Assembly: GCA_015232565.1 (NCBI GenBank)
Contig: JADFZK010000009.1
Location: 3,725 to 67,724, forward strand
Reading direction: 5' to 3'
Origin: Candidatus Omnitrophota bacterium
GTDB lineage: Bacteria > Omnitrophota > Gorgyraeia > Zapsychrales > Fredricksoniimonadaceae
Length of the DNA stretch: 64,000 nt
The notes beneath the pieces are model-generated. The model had not been told where the DNA came from. It searched no databases and worked only from the letters and a program-made list of their open reading frames with translations. Positions 36,975 to 47,566 of this stretch are shown here, piece by piece. The position numbers and the translations under genes were made by a program. The first letter of the stretch is position 1. The number at the start of each line of letters is the position of its first letter.

Positions 36975-37785
36975 TCAGGCGGGCCAGTTCGACCGGCCGG
37001 TAGGGGTTTTCGATTCCGGTATCGGCGGGTTAACGGTGGCCCAGGAAATAACGCGCCTGCTGGCTAATGAGCAGATCGTTTATTTTGGCGATACCGCACG
37101 CGTACCGTACGGCACCAAATCGAGGGAGTCGGTCATCCGGTTCTCCAAGGACAATATGAACGTTCTTTTGAAATATGGCGTTAAGGTGGTGGTGATAGCC
37201 TGCAACACGTCTACCAGCTGGGCGTTGAGCGTGATACGCCGGGAATATGCGGTGCCGGTCATTGGCGTTATCGAGCCGGGTTCCCGCCGGGCGGTTGAGG
37301 TTACCAGGACCGGGCGCATCGGGGTCATCGCTACGCAATCCACTATCGCCAGCGGCAAGTATACCCAGACCATCGAGCGTTTGCTGCCCCGGGCGCAGGT
37401 TACGGCGCGGCCGTGCCCCTTGTTCGTGCCTTTGGTGGAAGAAGGGTGGATCGACGGCAAGGTTACCGAAAGTGTGGCTGAGGAATATCTGGCGCCGATC
37501 CGCAAGGCCGGCGTGGATACGCTCATCCTGGGCTGTACGCATTATCCTTTGTTGAAGACGGTTATCCAGAAAGTAATGGGTAAGGGCGTTACGCTGGTGG
37601 ATTCGGCCACCGAAACGGCCCGGGAAGTTAAAGCTTTGCTGGAGTCCCGGGGCCTGGCGCGGCAATCGCGCCGTCCGCCTCGCCATGAATTTCTGGTTTC
37701 CGATGAACCGGAACATTTTCGGACCCTGGCCAAGCGTTTCCTGGGGCATGACCTGGCTTCGGTAAGGAGGGTGGACAGTGTTTGA
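36952..37785 (+). CDS. murI: Glutamate racemase
   Basis: VGVFDSGIGGLTV, IACNTST and GCTHYPLL motifs. Confidence 0.9.
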   Translation: MFMSRVSDQAGQFDRPVGVFDSGIGGLTVAQEITRLLANEQIVYFGDTARVPYGTKSRESVIRFSKDNMNVLLKYGVKVVVIACNTSTSWALSVIRREYAVPVIGVIEPGSRRAVEVTRTGRIGVIATQSTIASGKYTQTIERLLPRAQVTARPCPLFVPLVEEGWIDGKVTESVAEEYLAPIRKAGVDTLILGCTHYPLLKTVIQKVMGKGVTLVDSATETAREVKALLESRGLARQSRRPPRHEFLVSDEPEHFRTLAKRFLGHDLASVRRVDSV

Positions 37786-38140
37786 ACTTACGGTAAGGGC
37801 GGATTTCTCATCGGCACATTTCTTGCGCGATTACAACGGCCAGTGCCGGAACCTGCACGGCCATACCTGGAAAGTGGCGGTTACGGTGGAAGGTGAGCAG
37901 CTTAACAGTATTGGAGTGATGGCGGACTTTGTGGAAATGAAAAAACATCTCAGGGGTATATTGTCCCGGCTCGACCATACTTGCCTGAACGACCTGGATT
38001 TCTTTAAGGCCCATAATCCTACCGCCGAGAATCTGGCACGCTATATCTTTGACGAGTATAAGCCCCTGATCGCCCCGATAAAGTTGGTGAAAGTTCGGGT
38101 TTGGGAGTCCGACCAATCTGACGTGGCTTATTTTGAGTAG
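37778..38140 (+). CDS. queD: 6-carboxy-5,6,7,8-tetrahydropterin synthase
   Basis: About 120 aa PTPS fold with the CxxxHGH motif (CRNLHGHTW). Confidence 0.85.
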   Translation: MFELTVRADFSSAHFLRDYNGQCRNLHGHTWKVAVTVEGEQLNSIGVMADFVEMKKHLRGILSRLDHTCLNDLDFFKAHNPTAENLARYIFDEYKPLIAPIKLVKVRVWESDQSDVAYFE

Positions 38141-38145
38141 CCCGG

Positions 38146-38814
38146 GTGGACATTAGAAATCTTATGACCAAGAAAAAAGCGATTGTATTACTTTCCGGAG
38201 GGCTGGATTCGTCCACGGTGCTTTACTACGCGCTTGACCGGGGTTACGCTGTGCAGGCGCTGGTCTTCGATTATGGCCAGCGGCATCGCAAAGAGATAAT
38301 GGCGGCGCGGGCTGTTGCGCGGGCGGCAGGAGCGTCTTTGGAAGTGGTCAAGATCTCCCTGCCCTGGAAGGGGTCGTCGTTGCTCGACCTGAAAACCCAT
38401 GTTCCGGTAAGTGGAGTTAAGAAGGGCGGCATTCCTTCTACTTATGTGCCGGCGCGGAATATTATATTTCTGAGTTTTGCCGCTTCTTTTGCCGAAGCGG
38501 TGGGAGCGCGGGTGATCTTTATTGGCGCCAATGCTTTGGATTATTCCGGGTATCCGGATTGCCGGCCGGCTTTCTTTAAGGCATTCCAAAAGGCTTTGGA
38601 CCAGGGGCTGAAGGCGGGAGTGGAACATCACGGGGTGCGTATTGAAACGCCGTTATTAAAGCTGAGCAAGGCGCAGATCATTGCCCTGGGGCTTCGGCTG
38701 GGCGTGCCTTATGAGAAGACCTGGTCGTGTTATCAGGGTGGAGCCCAGCCCTGCGGGGTTTGTGACAGTTGTCGTTTGCGGGCCAAGGGTTTTACGGAGA
38801 TCTATGCCGGTTAA
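38146..38814 (+). CDS. queC: 7-cyano-7-deazaguanine synthase
   Basis: PP-loop VLLSGGLDSST. C-terminal zinc cysteines CYQGGAQPCGVCDSC. Confidence 0.9.
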   Translation: MDIRNLMTKKKAIVLLSGGLDSSTVLYYALDRGYAVQALVFDYGQRHRKEIMAARAVARAAGASLEVVKISLPWKGSSLLDLKTHVPVSGVKKGGIPSTYVPARNIIFLSFAASFAEAVGARVIFIGANALDYSGYPDCRPAFFKAFQKALDQGLKAGVEHHGVRIETPLLKLSKAQIIALGLRLGVPYEKTWSCYQGGAQPCGVCDSCRLRAKGFTEIYAG

Positions 38815-39499
38815 AGGAAATGTTATCGAGATATTCGATTCGGTTCAGGGCGAGGGCAAATACGCCGGAGTCCAGCAGGTGTTTGTGCGCCTGGCGGGAT
38901 GCAACCTGACTTGTTCGTGGTGCGACAGTTCTCATGCCCGTGACCCCAGGACTTCTGGCGCGGTAGCCATGGAACCGCTGGAGGTCTGGGCCGAGATCGA
39001 CCGGAACTGGCGCGGGAGCCATTCGGTAAGTTTTACCGGCGGCGAGCCTTTGCTGCAGAAAGATTTTCTAAAAGAGATACTGCCGATCCTCAAGGTTTAC
39101 AAGACCCGCGTCTTCCTGGAGACCAACGGCACTTTGCCGGAGGCGCTCAAGGAGGTTATTGAGGACATTGATATCGTGGCAATGGACGTTAAATTGCCCA
39201 GCTCCACCGGTTGTGCCGCATATTGGGACGAGCATGTGGAGTTCCTGCGGGTCGCCTGGGGCAAGGATGTATTCATCAAGATCGTGATATCGTCGGGAAC
39301 AACCATGGCGGATATGGTGCAGGCCGTGGAAATGATCTCGCGGGGCGATCCGGCGACTCCGTTGTTCCTGCAGCCCAATCATTTTGATATCAATAATGGC
39401 GTAATACACAAGTGCCGGGAGTTCCAGCAGTACGCCCTGAATTATTTATCCGACGTGCGGGTCATTCCGCAGATCCATAAATTCCTGAACATAAGGTAG
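38804..39499 (+). CDS. queE: 7-carboxy-7-deazaguanine synthase (radical SAM)
   Basis: IEIFDSVQGEGKYAGVQQVFVRLAGCNLTCSWCDS matches the QueE pattern. Overlaps queC by 11 bp; the earlier ATG at 38681 is probably not the true start. Confidence 0.85.
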   Translation: MPVKGNVIEIFDSVQGEGKYAGVQQVFVRLAGCNLTCSWCDSSHARDPRTSGAVAMEPLEVWAEIDRNWRGSHSVSFTGGEPLLQKDFLKEILPILKVYKTRVFLETNGTLPEALKEVIEDIDIVAMDVKLPSSTGCAAYWDEHVEFLRVAWGKDVFIKIVISSGTTMADMVQAVEMISRGDPATPLFLQPNHFDINNGVIHKCREFQQYALNYLSDVRVIPQIHKFLNIR

Positions 39500-39505
39500 G
39501 CGACC

Positions 39506-39904
39506 ATGGACATCAGCTCATATGAAGGTTTGCAAAAAAAGATCCGCCAGTTGAAAACTCCGGACATCGAGGTTTGGGAGAACCAGTATGCCGACCGTGA
39601 TTATCTGATAAGCCTGGAGATCCCTGAATTCACCTGTATCTGCCCGAAGACCGGTTTGCCGGATTTTGCGTTGATCGAGGTGGAGTACCGCCCGGCCAAG
39701 GCCTGCCTGGAACTGAAATCGTTGAAAATGTATACCCATTTTTACCGTGAGGTCGGTATTTTTCACGAGCATCTGGTGAACAAGTTGCTCGACGATATGG
39801 TAAAGGCCTGCCAGCCGCGCTGGATGCGGGTCAAGGTGGAAATGAATCCCCGCGGCGGTATTTACACCGCCGTAGAAGCGGAATACCAAAGGAAGAGATC
39901 ATGA
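39506..39904 (+). CDS. queF: NADPH-dependent 7-cyano-7-deazaguanine reductase (type I QueF)
   Basis: [15 protein letters not shown] active-site Cys motif and a QueF E(S/L)K(S/A)hK(L/Y)(Y/F/W)-type motif (ELKSLKMY). Confidence 0.9.
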   Translation: MDISSYEGLQKKIRQLKTPDIEVWENQYADRDYLISLEIPEFTCICPKTGLPDFALIEVEYRPAKACLELKSLKMYTHFYREVGIFHEHLVNKLLDDMVKACQPRWMRVKVEMNPRGGIYTAVEAEYQRKRS

Positions 39905-40611
39905 AACGTGGCGATGGCCGGGATCCGGACCAGTTAAGGAAAATAACGGTCCAGAAGAATTATTTCAAGCATGCCGAGGGGTCGTGCCTTATTGCTTTCG
40001 GGGATACCAAAGTGGCGTGTTCCGCCTCGGTCGAGGACGGCGTGCCGCCTTTTCTTAAGGGCAAGGGGCAGGGCTGGGTAACGGCGGAATACGGCATGTT
40101 GCCGCGTTCCTGCACCCAGCGGATCAGCCGCGAAAAGGGCGGCGCTTCCGGGCGCACCCAGGAGATCCAGCGCTTGATCGGCCGTTCCTTAAGGGCGGTG
40201 GTGGATATGAAAAAGCTGGGAGAACGCACGGTCAAGATCGATTGTGATGTGATCCAGGGCGATGGCGGTACCCGTACAGCGGCGATAACCGGCGGCTACA
40301 TAGCGCTGGCGCTGGCCTTGAAGAAGATCCGCAAGAGCGGCTTGATCGCCGACTGGCCCTTAACCCGGCAGATCGCGGCAGTCAGCGCGGGCGTGTTTAA
40401 TGGCACTCCGGTGCTTGACCTTAATTATGCCGAGGATTCCAAAGCCGAAGTGGATATGAACATTGTTATGGTGACGGGCGGTGATTTTGTGGAGGTCCAG
40501 GGCACTGCCGAGGGCCAGCCATTTTCGCGTAAAGATATGGAGGCTATGTTTAAGCTGGCCGAAAAAGGGATCCGCGAGCTCTTTGTGGTTCAGAACAAGG
40601 CCTTGAAATGA
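39901..40611 (+). CDS. rph: Ribonuclease PH
   Basis: Typical RNase PH sequence ([17 protein letters not shown]...AEYGMLPRS...[13 protein letters not shown]). Confidence 0.9.
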   Translation: MKRGDGRDPDQLRKITVQKNYFKHAEGSCLIAFGDTKVACSASVEDGVPPFLKGKGQGWVTAEYGMLPRSCTQRISREKGGASGRTQEIQRLIGRSLRAVVDMKKLGERTVKIDCDVIQGDGGTRTAAITGGYIALALALKKIRKSGLIADWPLTRQIAAVSAGVFNGTPVLDLNYAEDSKAEVDMNIVMVTGGDFVEVQGTAEGQPFSRKDMEAMFKLAEKGIRELFVVQNKALK

Positions 40612-41213
40612 AAGAGTTGCTGGTGGCTACCCGGAATAAAGGCAAGGTGCGCGAGATAGCTGACCTTCTGGCGCCTTTGGATATCAAGGTGTCTTCTTTA
40701 CTTGATCATGGAGCCATGCCCGAGATCATTGAGGATGGCCTGACCTTTCGGGCTAATGCCGCCAAGAAGGCCGTTATTATCGCCCGGCATACCGGTGGTA
40801 TTGTGATGGGTGAGGATTCCGGCCTGGAGGTCGACGCCCTGAAAGGCGCGCCGGGCGTCTTTTCCGCGCGTTATGCCGGCGAGCACGCCGATGATGAAGC
40901 GAATAACACTAAACTGCTGGCAGAATTGTCCGGAGTGCCCGTTGAGCAACGTACGGCGCGTTATCGTTCGGCCATTGCTTTGGCCGACCAGGACCGTTTG
41001 ATAGATGTGGTGGAAGGGTCTTGCGAAGGCGTAATAGCCGGGGAACGCCGCGGCACAAATGGATTTGGTTATGACCCGCTTTTTATTGTCCCCGCCCGGC
41101 AAATGACTTTTGGCGAATTGCCCTTGGCTTTCAAACAAACCATCAGCCACCGGGCGAATGCCCTGCGTCAGTTCCTGAAACTGCTGGAACGTTATTTAGT
41201 TCACAGCCAGTGA
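40608..41213 (+). CDS. rdgB: Non-canonical purine NTP pyrophosphatase (RdgB/HAM1)
   Basis: Ham1 fold ([14 protein letters not shown]...FGYDPLF). 4-bp overlap with rph. Confidence 0.9.
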   Translation: MKELLVATRNKGKVREIADLLAPLDIKVSSLLDHGAMPEIIEDGLTFRANAAKKAVIIARHTGGIVMGEDSGLEVDALKGAPGVFSARYAGEHADDEANNTKLLAELSGVPVEQRTARYRSAIALADQDRLIDVVEGSCEGVIAGERRGTNGFGYDPLFIVPARQMTFGELPLAFKQTISHRANALRQFLKLLERYLVHSQ

Positions 41214-41266
41214 TGGTTTTAGCCGTATTTGCCTTGGGCCTCTCGCCTACTGGCTCCTGTCGGAGT

Positions 41267-44236
41267 TTATTCAAACAGTTTCAGCAATCCCCCTACCGTA
41301 TTCTGCAAGGTCTTCTTGATTATCGTTGGCGCCGAGATGTTGTGCTCGTAGCGCGGCTTGGTTAAAGTCCCGGTGATATGGATATTCAGCAGTCCCTGCG
41401 AGGGGTTTACCAGCGATATCAGATCGGTGCTGGTGCCGTTGGACGCCGGAGTCTCCAGGCGCGGCGTTATGTTCAGGTCGATAGCCTGATCCTGCAGGTC
41501 GAGCCAGCCTTCGCCGATCAAAGACAAGGTTGGGCTTTTTAGCGTGAGGTTATTGGTTTCCACTTTACCGTCATTGATGTTGAAAGTGGCGCTGGCATCG
41601 CGGATTATTACGCTTCCTCCCGGGAAAGAAGAGGACAGGATGCTTAAGACTTTGGAAAGTATTTCCAGGTCCCAAAGGTATCCGTCGGTGATCTGTACGG
41701 TGGTTTTGCCGACCAGGCTTTTAATATTGGTGGCGGTGCCTTTAAGTTCACCGGCCACGGTCAATGATCCGGCGAGTTGCTGGTCTTTCAGCGGGGTATC
41801 ACGTTTGAGCAGTTCCAGGTTGGTGCCGTCGAGTTTGAAGGTGCTTTGAAAGGGAAAGCCGGGTTTTACCAGGTCGACGTTACCGATCATGCCCAGTTCG
41901 CCCTCGTAAAGTTTGCCTTTGATTTCCAGCGGGCGCAGTTCGCCGTTGCTTTGGGTGGCTTCCAGGACCAGGTTGTCGGCCGCATAGCCCATTACGTTAA
42001 GGGCGGGGGTTTCAATGTTGTAAGTGGCTGAGAGATTCTGCCAGTCAACCGGGTTGCCTTTAACACTGGCGGTCAGTTTTAGTATACCGGCGAGTTTAAG
42101 CGCTTCCAGCTGTTTGGCGTATTCCGGGGCAATCTTTGGCAGGTCACGCAAGGAGGCTTTGGCGGTGGCGTTGATATCCACCGTGGGCGCTTTTCCGGCC
42201 GGGATAAAGATCTTTCCGCTGGCGTCCAGCGCCGAATCAAACCAGGTGGCGTTAAAGCTTTTTAAGGCCAGGGTGTCGTCGGTCTTTTTAACCTGGGCGT
42301 CGATGTTCATATCGGCGGCCTTGATCGAGGTGGCGATCAGCGGGTTCTGGAAATCTTCCAGGTAGCCGTTGAGGGTGTAGGTTTTCTTTTGGAAATCAGC
42401 CGAAAGGTCTTTCCAGGCCAGAGTGGGAGCGTTAAAGGTGAGCGTGCCGTTCAGGTTGTCAATTGACTGGTTAAGTTTGGCGCTCTTGAGATTGACTTTC
42501 TTAAGAAGCGCAGTGGCTTTCAGGCCGCCTTTATCCAGGGTGGAAGCTTGGCCGGTGATATCAGCCTGAACATCGGCCTGTCCGCTAATGGTCAGGCCGT
42601 TGTCTTTGATGATCTCGGGGATGATCTTTTCGATCATGGCCAGGTCAATATTGGCCGCAGAGGCTTTAAGGTTCAGCAGAGGAGCGCTGAAATTGTTGAT
42701 GGTGCCGCTGATCTCGACCGGGGTGCCCAGAACGGACAGGCTGAAATCTTTAAGTGCGGCGGAGTCGGTTTGAAAATCCACCGTGCCGCGGATAGCGCTT
42801 ATCTCGCCCACCATGGGCGCGCCTTTAAGTGAACATTCTTTAAGTTGTACGGTGCCGTCGTAGCTGGGTTCTCCGGTCGAGGCGGGCGGTAAGGAAAAGT
42901 GCAGGGAAACTGCCGGCGCTCCGGAGAAGTGGAGCCCTTGCGGTAAAACGATGTTCAGGGCACTAAAGACCGGGCGGGCTTTGAGGTCGATGGTGCCTTG
43001 CTTTATTTCCAATACCGCGCCGGGGGCGTTGAAGGCCGACTTCACGGTGATTCCGGGGATCTCGGCGATCAGGTAACGCAGGGCAATATTGCCTTTGGCG
43101 TTAAGGTCGGCTCCGGTCTGTGCGGCGGAAAGCTGGGTAATGACCATATCGGCCTGGATCTTTTGCCCTTCAGCGATAAGGGCATTGATACCCCGGATGT
43201 CGGCGTCGGCCGATAGGGTCCAGTTATTGCCTTTCTGGATAAATTTAATTGCGCTGGCCTGGAGGCTGGCGTTGAATTTCTGGCCATTGTTCATTTCCAG
43301 GCTGGCATCCTGCAGGGAGATGTTGCCCTGAAAATTTATTTCATCTTTGTTGAGCGTAAGGGTTATTTTATCCAGCCCCAGAGCGCCTCGGGTTTTCAGG
43401 CCCGGTACCGGCTCGGCGGCAATGTTGTTAAAAAGCGCACTGCCTGCCACTTTCAGGCCTTGCTGATCGAACGAGAGCGTGGCCGTGGTATTGGCGATGT
43501 TCAGCGACGTAACCGGCAGAACTACGTTCTCGGGAGCGAAGCGCAGGTATTTTCCGGTAACGATGTTAGCCATGCGCAGGCTGGCTTTAACGTTCAGGCT
43601 GGTCATTCCGGCGCGGATATCGAAGGACATTTGGCCCTGGGTCGAGGGGATATTCAGGTCTCCGGTAAGGTGTACACTGCCGGCCAGGTCGAGCGAGCCT
43701 TTTATGTTTATGGGTTCGAGCATTTCGCTGAAATTGTCGCCGCCCATCAGATCGGTTAACTTAATGCGGGCATTGTTGACCGCCAAGCCGCTGATAACAA
43801 TGCTTAACGGTTTGCCGGCGCTGGCTCCGGCGGCGGCTGGAGCGCCCGGCTTGGGCGTTAGCAGGTCGGTGAAGTTCCAGGTGCTGGCGTTCAGGCGGGT
43901 CACGCGGGCGGAAAGGTTGTCCACGCGGACTGCCGGCAGGATAACTTTTTGTTGCAAGAGTGCGGGAAAAAGCACCTGGGCCGAGGCGCTGTCAATGTGC
44001 ACAAAAACCTCGGCGGGGTTGTCTTTGCTGAATATGGTGAGGTCTTTAATGACGAAACCTTTGAGAAAATGATATTGCAGGGTATCAAAAGTGACCTTGC
44101 GGCCCAGGGCGTCCTCGGCGGCTTTAATTGCCAGGCCCTTTACCTGTACCGGAAGCAGGACCTTGTTAACGTAATACAACCCGGCGCTGGCCAGTACGGC
44201 GATGATCGCCAGGGTAAGGAATATTTTCTTGAACAT
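41267..44236 (-). CDS. AsmA-family / TamB-like large envelope protein with an N-terminal TM anchor
   Basis: Start chosen at MFKKIFLTLAIIAVLASAGLYYV (TM) with an AAGGAT RBS. About 990 aa, beta-rich, repetitive, AsmA-like. Confidence 0.6.
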   Translation of the reverse strand: MFKKIFLTLAIIAVLASAGLYYVNKVLLPVQVKGLAIKAAEDALGRKVTFDTLQYHFLKGFVIKDLTIFSKDNPAEVFVHIDSASAQVLFPALLQQKVILPAVRVDNLSARVTRLNASTWNFTDLLTPKPGAPAAAGASAGKPLSIVISGLAVNNARIKLTDLMGGDNFSEMLEPINIKGSLDLAGSVHLTGDLNIPSTQGQMSFDIRAGMTSLNVKASLRMANIVTGKYLRFAPENVVLPVTSLNIANTTATLSFDQQGLKVAGSALFNNIAAEPVPGLKTRGALGLDKITLTLNKDEINFQGNISLQDASLEMNNGQKFNASLQASAIKFIQKGNNWTLSADADIRGINALIAEGQKIQADMVITQLSAAQTGADLNAKGNIALRYLIAEIPGITVKSAFNAPGAVLEIKQGTIDLKARPVFSALNIVLPQGLHFSGAPAVSLHFSLPPASTGEPSYDGTVQLKECSLKGAPMVGEISAIRGTVDFQTDSAALKDFSLSVLGTPVEISGTINNFSAPLLNLKASAANIDLAMIEKIIPEIIKDNGLTISGQADVQADITGQASTLDKGGLKATALLKKVNLKSAKLNQSIDNLNGTLTFNAPTLAWKDLSADFQKKTYTLNGYLEDFQNPLIATSIKAADMNIDAQVKKTDDTLALKSFNATWFDSALDASGKIFIPAGKAPTVDINATAKASLRDLPKIAPEYAKQLEALKLAGILKLTASVKGNPVDWQNLSATYNIETPALNVMGYAADNLVLEATQSNGELRPLEIKGKLYEGELGMIGNVDLVKPGFPFQSTFKLDGTNLELLKRDTPLKDQQLAGSLTVAGELKGTATNIKSLVGKTTVQITDGYLWDLEILSKVLSILSSSFPGGSVIIRDASATFNINDGKVETNNLTLKSPTLSLIGEGWLDLQDQAIDLNITPRLETPASNGTSTDLISLVNPSQGLLNIHITGTLTKPRYEHNISAPTIIKKTLQNTVGGLLKLFE

Positions 44237-44402
44237 AATGTATCCTTTTGGGTGGTGGCACTGGTTTGATAACAATGCATCATACTAATCAAATTTTTGT
44301 AATCCGGCAAGCGGTTCATCGACCAACCTGCGCAAGGGCGGCCGTGAGGCACGGCCAACATCCAGGTCAAGATTACTAAATATCATTATTCGGGAGGTTA
44401 TT

Positions 44403-44987
44403 ATGTCAGTTTTAGTTGGTAAACAGGCGCCGGATTTCTCTGCTACCGCAGTAAAGGAAGACCAGATCATAGACAAGTTCTCGCTTTCGTCATTGAAGGG
44501 CAAACATGTGGTGCTTTTTTTCTATCCGCTGGATTTTACTTTTGTGTGCCCTACCGAATTGCATGCGTTCTCCGACAAGCTCGAGGAGTTCAACAAGCGC
44601 GGAGTGGAAGTGGTGGGTGTCAGCGTGGATTCCCATTTTAGCCATTTGGCGTGGTTGCGCATACCTAAGTCCCGGGGCGGTATAGAAGGGGTGCGTTATC
44701 CGATCGTTTCTGATCTGAACAAGACTATCTCCCGGGATTACGATGTGCTGGCCGAAGGCCGCGGCATTGCATATCGCGGGCTATTTTTAATTGACCGGAC
44801 GGGCATTGTACGCCATCAGGTGGTAAATGACTTGCCACTGGGCCGCAGTGTGGACGAGGCCTTGCGCATGGTGGATGCCTTGCAGTTCTTTGAGGCTAAT
44901 GGTGAAGTATGCCCGGCCAATTGGCGGAAAGGCGATAAATCCATGAAAGCCGACCAGAAAGGCCTGGAGGCATTCTTCGGCAAGTAA
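44403..44987 (+). CDS. 2-Cys peroxiredoxin (AhpC/Prx1 family)
   Basis: FFYPLDFTFVCPTEL peroxidatic Cys motif. Resolving Cys near the C-terminus (EVCPANW). Confidence 0.9.
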   Translation: MSVLVGKQAPDFSATAVKEDQIIDKFSLSSLKGKHVVLFFYPLDFTFVCPTELHAFSDKLEEFNKRGVEVVGVSVDSHFSHLAWLRIPKSRGGIEGVRYPIVSDLNKTISRDYDVLAEGRGIAYRGLFLIDRTGIVRHQVVNDLPLGRSVDEALRMVDALQFFEANGEVCPANWRKGDKSMKADQKGLEAFFGK

Positions 44988-45018
44988 TCCGTTCGGCCTG
45001 ATTCTTGTGTAAAAATAG

Positions 45019-45055
45019 CCACTCATTGACAATGCTCAATGGGTGGTTTCTTTTG
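45019..45055 (+). terminator. Putative intrinsic terminator after the peroxiredoxin gene
   Basis: CCACTCATTG-9nt-CAATGGGTGG hairpin followed by TTTCTTTT. Confidence 0.5.
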
Positions 45056-45150
45056 GCGCTAACTCAGGGGCAATGCTTTGATACCAAGATTGTGTTTATG
45101 AAGCTAGTCTTCCCAGTTAGCCTTCCCAATTTAGCAATATAGATTTATAT

Positions 45151-47535
45151 ATGTTATCCTTTATTCAGGTGGACGAAGTCTGTCCAGAAGAGGAGATGGA
45201 ATTGATTATAGGACGGTTGATACATAGATTTTTGGCAAACCTGCTGATACTGGTCTTTCTGGTATCGAATGTGCCCGTTTATGCTCAGGGAGTGATTCAG
45301 CTTCCTGCTCCGGGTACCCGTTTAGCTTTAAGCACTGCTTTTGCCCCGCCGCTTCTTAAAGGCATTAAGGTTTACCGCAATGACCCTTTTCGCTTTGACT
45401 TCATTCTGGATAAGGGGGATGCCACTGCAACGGATGAGCAGGTCAAGACTGATTCCACCCGCCTCATTAAGTACTTTCTTGCCTCTCTGACCGTGCCTGA
45501 GAAAGACCTGTGGGTGAACTTATCGCCTTACGAGAAAGACCGGATAGTGCCTGAGGCATTTGGTCAAACAGAAATGGGCCGTGACCTTCTGGCACAGGAT
45601 TACATCTTGAAGCAGATAACGGCATCGGTGATTTATCCTGAAGGCGAGGTTGGCAAGGAGTTCTGGGCCAAGGTGTACGCCGAAGCTCAAAAACGTTTCG
45701 GCACAACAGACGTTCCAGTGGATACATTCAACAAGGTATGGATTATCCCTGAAAAAGCGACCGTGTACGAGAATAAGGATGCTGCTTTTGTAGTTGAAAG
45801 CAAGCTCAAGGTCATGTTGGAAGAGGATTACCTTGCTCTTGAGCAGAACACGCCAGCCAAAGAACAGACTACACTAGCGACCAACAAGCTCGGCTCTGAG
45901 ATTGTCCGTGAGATTGTTATTCCTATTCTTGAAAAGGAAGTCAATGAGGGCAAGAACTTCGCCCCGCTTCGGCAGGTCTATAATTCCCTGATTCTGGCAA
46001 CCTGGTACAAGCGCAAAGTTCGGGATAGCATCATGGGCCAGGCTTATGTTGACCAGCAGAAGACCGTCGGCATTGACATTGTTGACAAGAACGAGAAAGA
46101 AAAGATCTGGCAGCAATACGTTGAGGCGTTTACAAAGGGGGCTTACAATCTGATTAAGGAAGAGGTTGAGCCGGAGTCACAGGAAGTTATTCCAAGGAAG
46201 TATTTCTCGGGGGGAACAGACCTGGAGATGAATGTCTTTCGGGTTGTTGATTCTGATTCTGCTCAACAACCTGTAATTGACTCTAAACAGGGATGGCGCG
46301 TTCAAATGCGAGCAGCCATTATAAACAGAAATTTTCCAGTAACATGGTTTGAAGGTCAGTACAACAGATTGTTTAGGAGGGCAAAGTCACCGTTGGGCTT
46401 GAATTATTTTCGTTATTTAATGGTAATGCATGAGGCTATGGAGAAGCCTCATCAGAGAAGAATGTTGTACCTGGCCTCAGGTGCAGATGTTACACGGGCT
46501 GTAGCGCTGCTGCATGGCGGTAGAATCGACATGGTTGACAGGGCTTTTAATATCGACAGGGTAGAAAAAGCATTAAATTCTCAGTTTGACAATCCTGATA
46601 AGAAAATGATTGGTTTTAGGAATGAGTACGCGGCGCAGAAAAGAAATTACGGATTTTCACACTGGTCGTATTTAGGACAGGGGGTTGAGAAACGCATTAT
46701 ACCGATTAGTTATCCGCATAATACTTTGTATCCTCCCGATCATGATTTTGATTATTTCAGTCAATGTCTTATTGCTGAGCTCCAATCATTGGGCTTAAAA
46801 AGAAATGATTTGAATGTTTCTCGTGTTGAGAATGCTTTGAAGGTTTCGTTCAGATTGATTCCTCCGGGAGATTCTCAGGAAGAGAATTACCAATTTGTAT
46901 TTTTAAATCATGACGCTACTGATTATTTGGGTTTGCGCAGGCAATTGAGTTTGCAGGAGGGTGTTGATATTCTTTTGGATAATGGGGGAATGTTAATTGG
47001 TGAAAAATATAATGACATGCTCGTTTTACTAGACAGAGACTTGAACCCGGGTGCGTTTTTATTGTTAAACAATTATCCTGAAGAAAGAAATGCAGATATT
47101 GCTGCGATTTATAAAGCGCCGGCTTTCGTTATACACAATCCAAAATATCGGAATATTAACACGGCCGATATTGAGGCGGCGGAACGGTTAATTGAAAATG
47201 GTCCTGCATTCAAAAGGTATGGATTTTATGGCTGGAAATACATGGCGTTTCAATTTTATTCTGTGAGACAAATTGAGAGAATGAATAAGAATGCCGAGCA
47301 GTCAAGAGATCCTGCGGTGAGGCCTGGCGTTACACCGGATGCAGCCGGGAAGGGGGGTATTGATCTCAATACTGAGAAAATTAATCTGAAGACACGCAAT
47401 AGCGCGGCGTCAATTGAGTTCAATTTTGACCCTGCCATGTTGCAGCGGGTTCAGAAGGCTTCGGGTATTACCCCGGTCATTGTAAACATCAGCTCTCTTG
47501 AAAGCCTGACGAAGTTTTTTGAAATAACCCCCTAG
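45151..47535 (+). CDS. Hypothetical large secreted protein (794 aa), compositionally chimeric
   Basis: N-terminal signal peptide (LLILVFLVSNVPVYAQ). No recognised domain. The 5' ~1 kb is high-GC and the 3' ~1.3 kb is clearly AT-rich. Confidence 0.4.
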   Translation: MLSFIQVDEVCPEEEMELIIGRLIHRFLANLLILVFLVSNVPVYAQGVIQLPAPGTRLALSTAFAPPLLKGIKVYRNDPFRFDFILDKGDATATDEQVKTDSTRLIKYFLASLTVPEKDLWVNLSPYEKDRIVPEAFGQTEMGRDLLAQDYILKQITASVIYPEGEVGKEFWAKVYAEAQKRFGTTDVPVDTFNKVWIIPEKATVYENKDAAFVVESKLKVMLEEDYLALEQNTPAKEQTTLATNKLGSEIVREIVIPILEKEVNEGKNFAPLRQVYNSLILATWYKRKVRDSIMGQAYVDQQKTVGIDIVDKNEKEKIWQQYVEAFTKGAYNLIKEEVEPESQEVIPRKYFSGGTDLEMNVFRVVDSDSAQQPVIDSKQGWRVQMRAAIINRNFPVTWFEGQYNRLFRRAKSPLGLNYFRYLMVMHEAMEKPHQRRMLYLASGADVTRAVALLHGGRIDMVDRAFNIDRVEKALNSQFDNPDKKMIGFRNEYAAQKRNYGFSHWSYLGQGVEKRIIPISYPHNTLYPPDHDFDYFSQCLIAELQSLGLKRNDLNVSRVENALKVSFRLIPPGDSQEENYQFVFLNHDATDYLGLRRQLSLQEGVDILLDNGGMLIGEKYNDMLVLLDRDLNPGAFLLLNNYPEERNADIAAIYKAPAFVIHNPKYRNINTADIEAAERLIENGPAFKRYGFYGWKYMAFQFYSVRQIERMNKNAEQSRDPAVRPGVTPDAAGKGGIDLNTEKINLKTRNSAASIEFNFDPAMLQRVQKASGITPVIVNISSLESLTKFFEITP

Positions 47536-47566
47536 ACCACTATGCGATTTCTGGTTTGTCTATGAA

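Noticed and set aside
38681-38806. Upstream extension of queE (ORF annotated from 38681) overlapping queC by ~130 bp
   Set aside because: The N-terminal extension is Arg/Pro-rich and out of character. The conserved QueE N-terminus begins at the ATG near 38804, giving an 11-bp overlap typical of this operon.
37778-39904. preQ1 riboswitch upstream of the que operon
   Set aside because: queD starts inside or immediately after murI with no intergenic space, and queC, queE and queF overlap one another, so there is no room for a leader aptamer.
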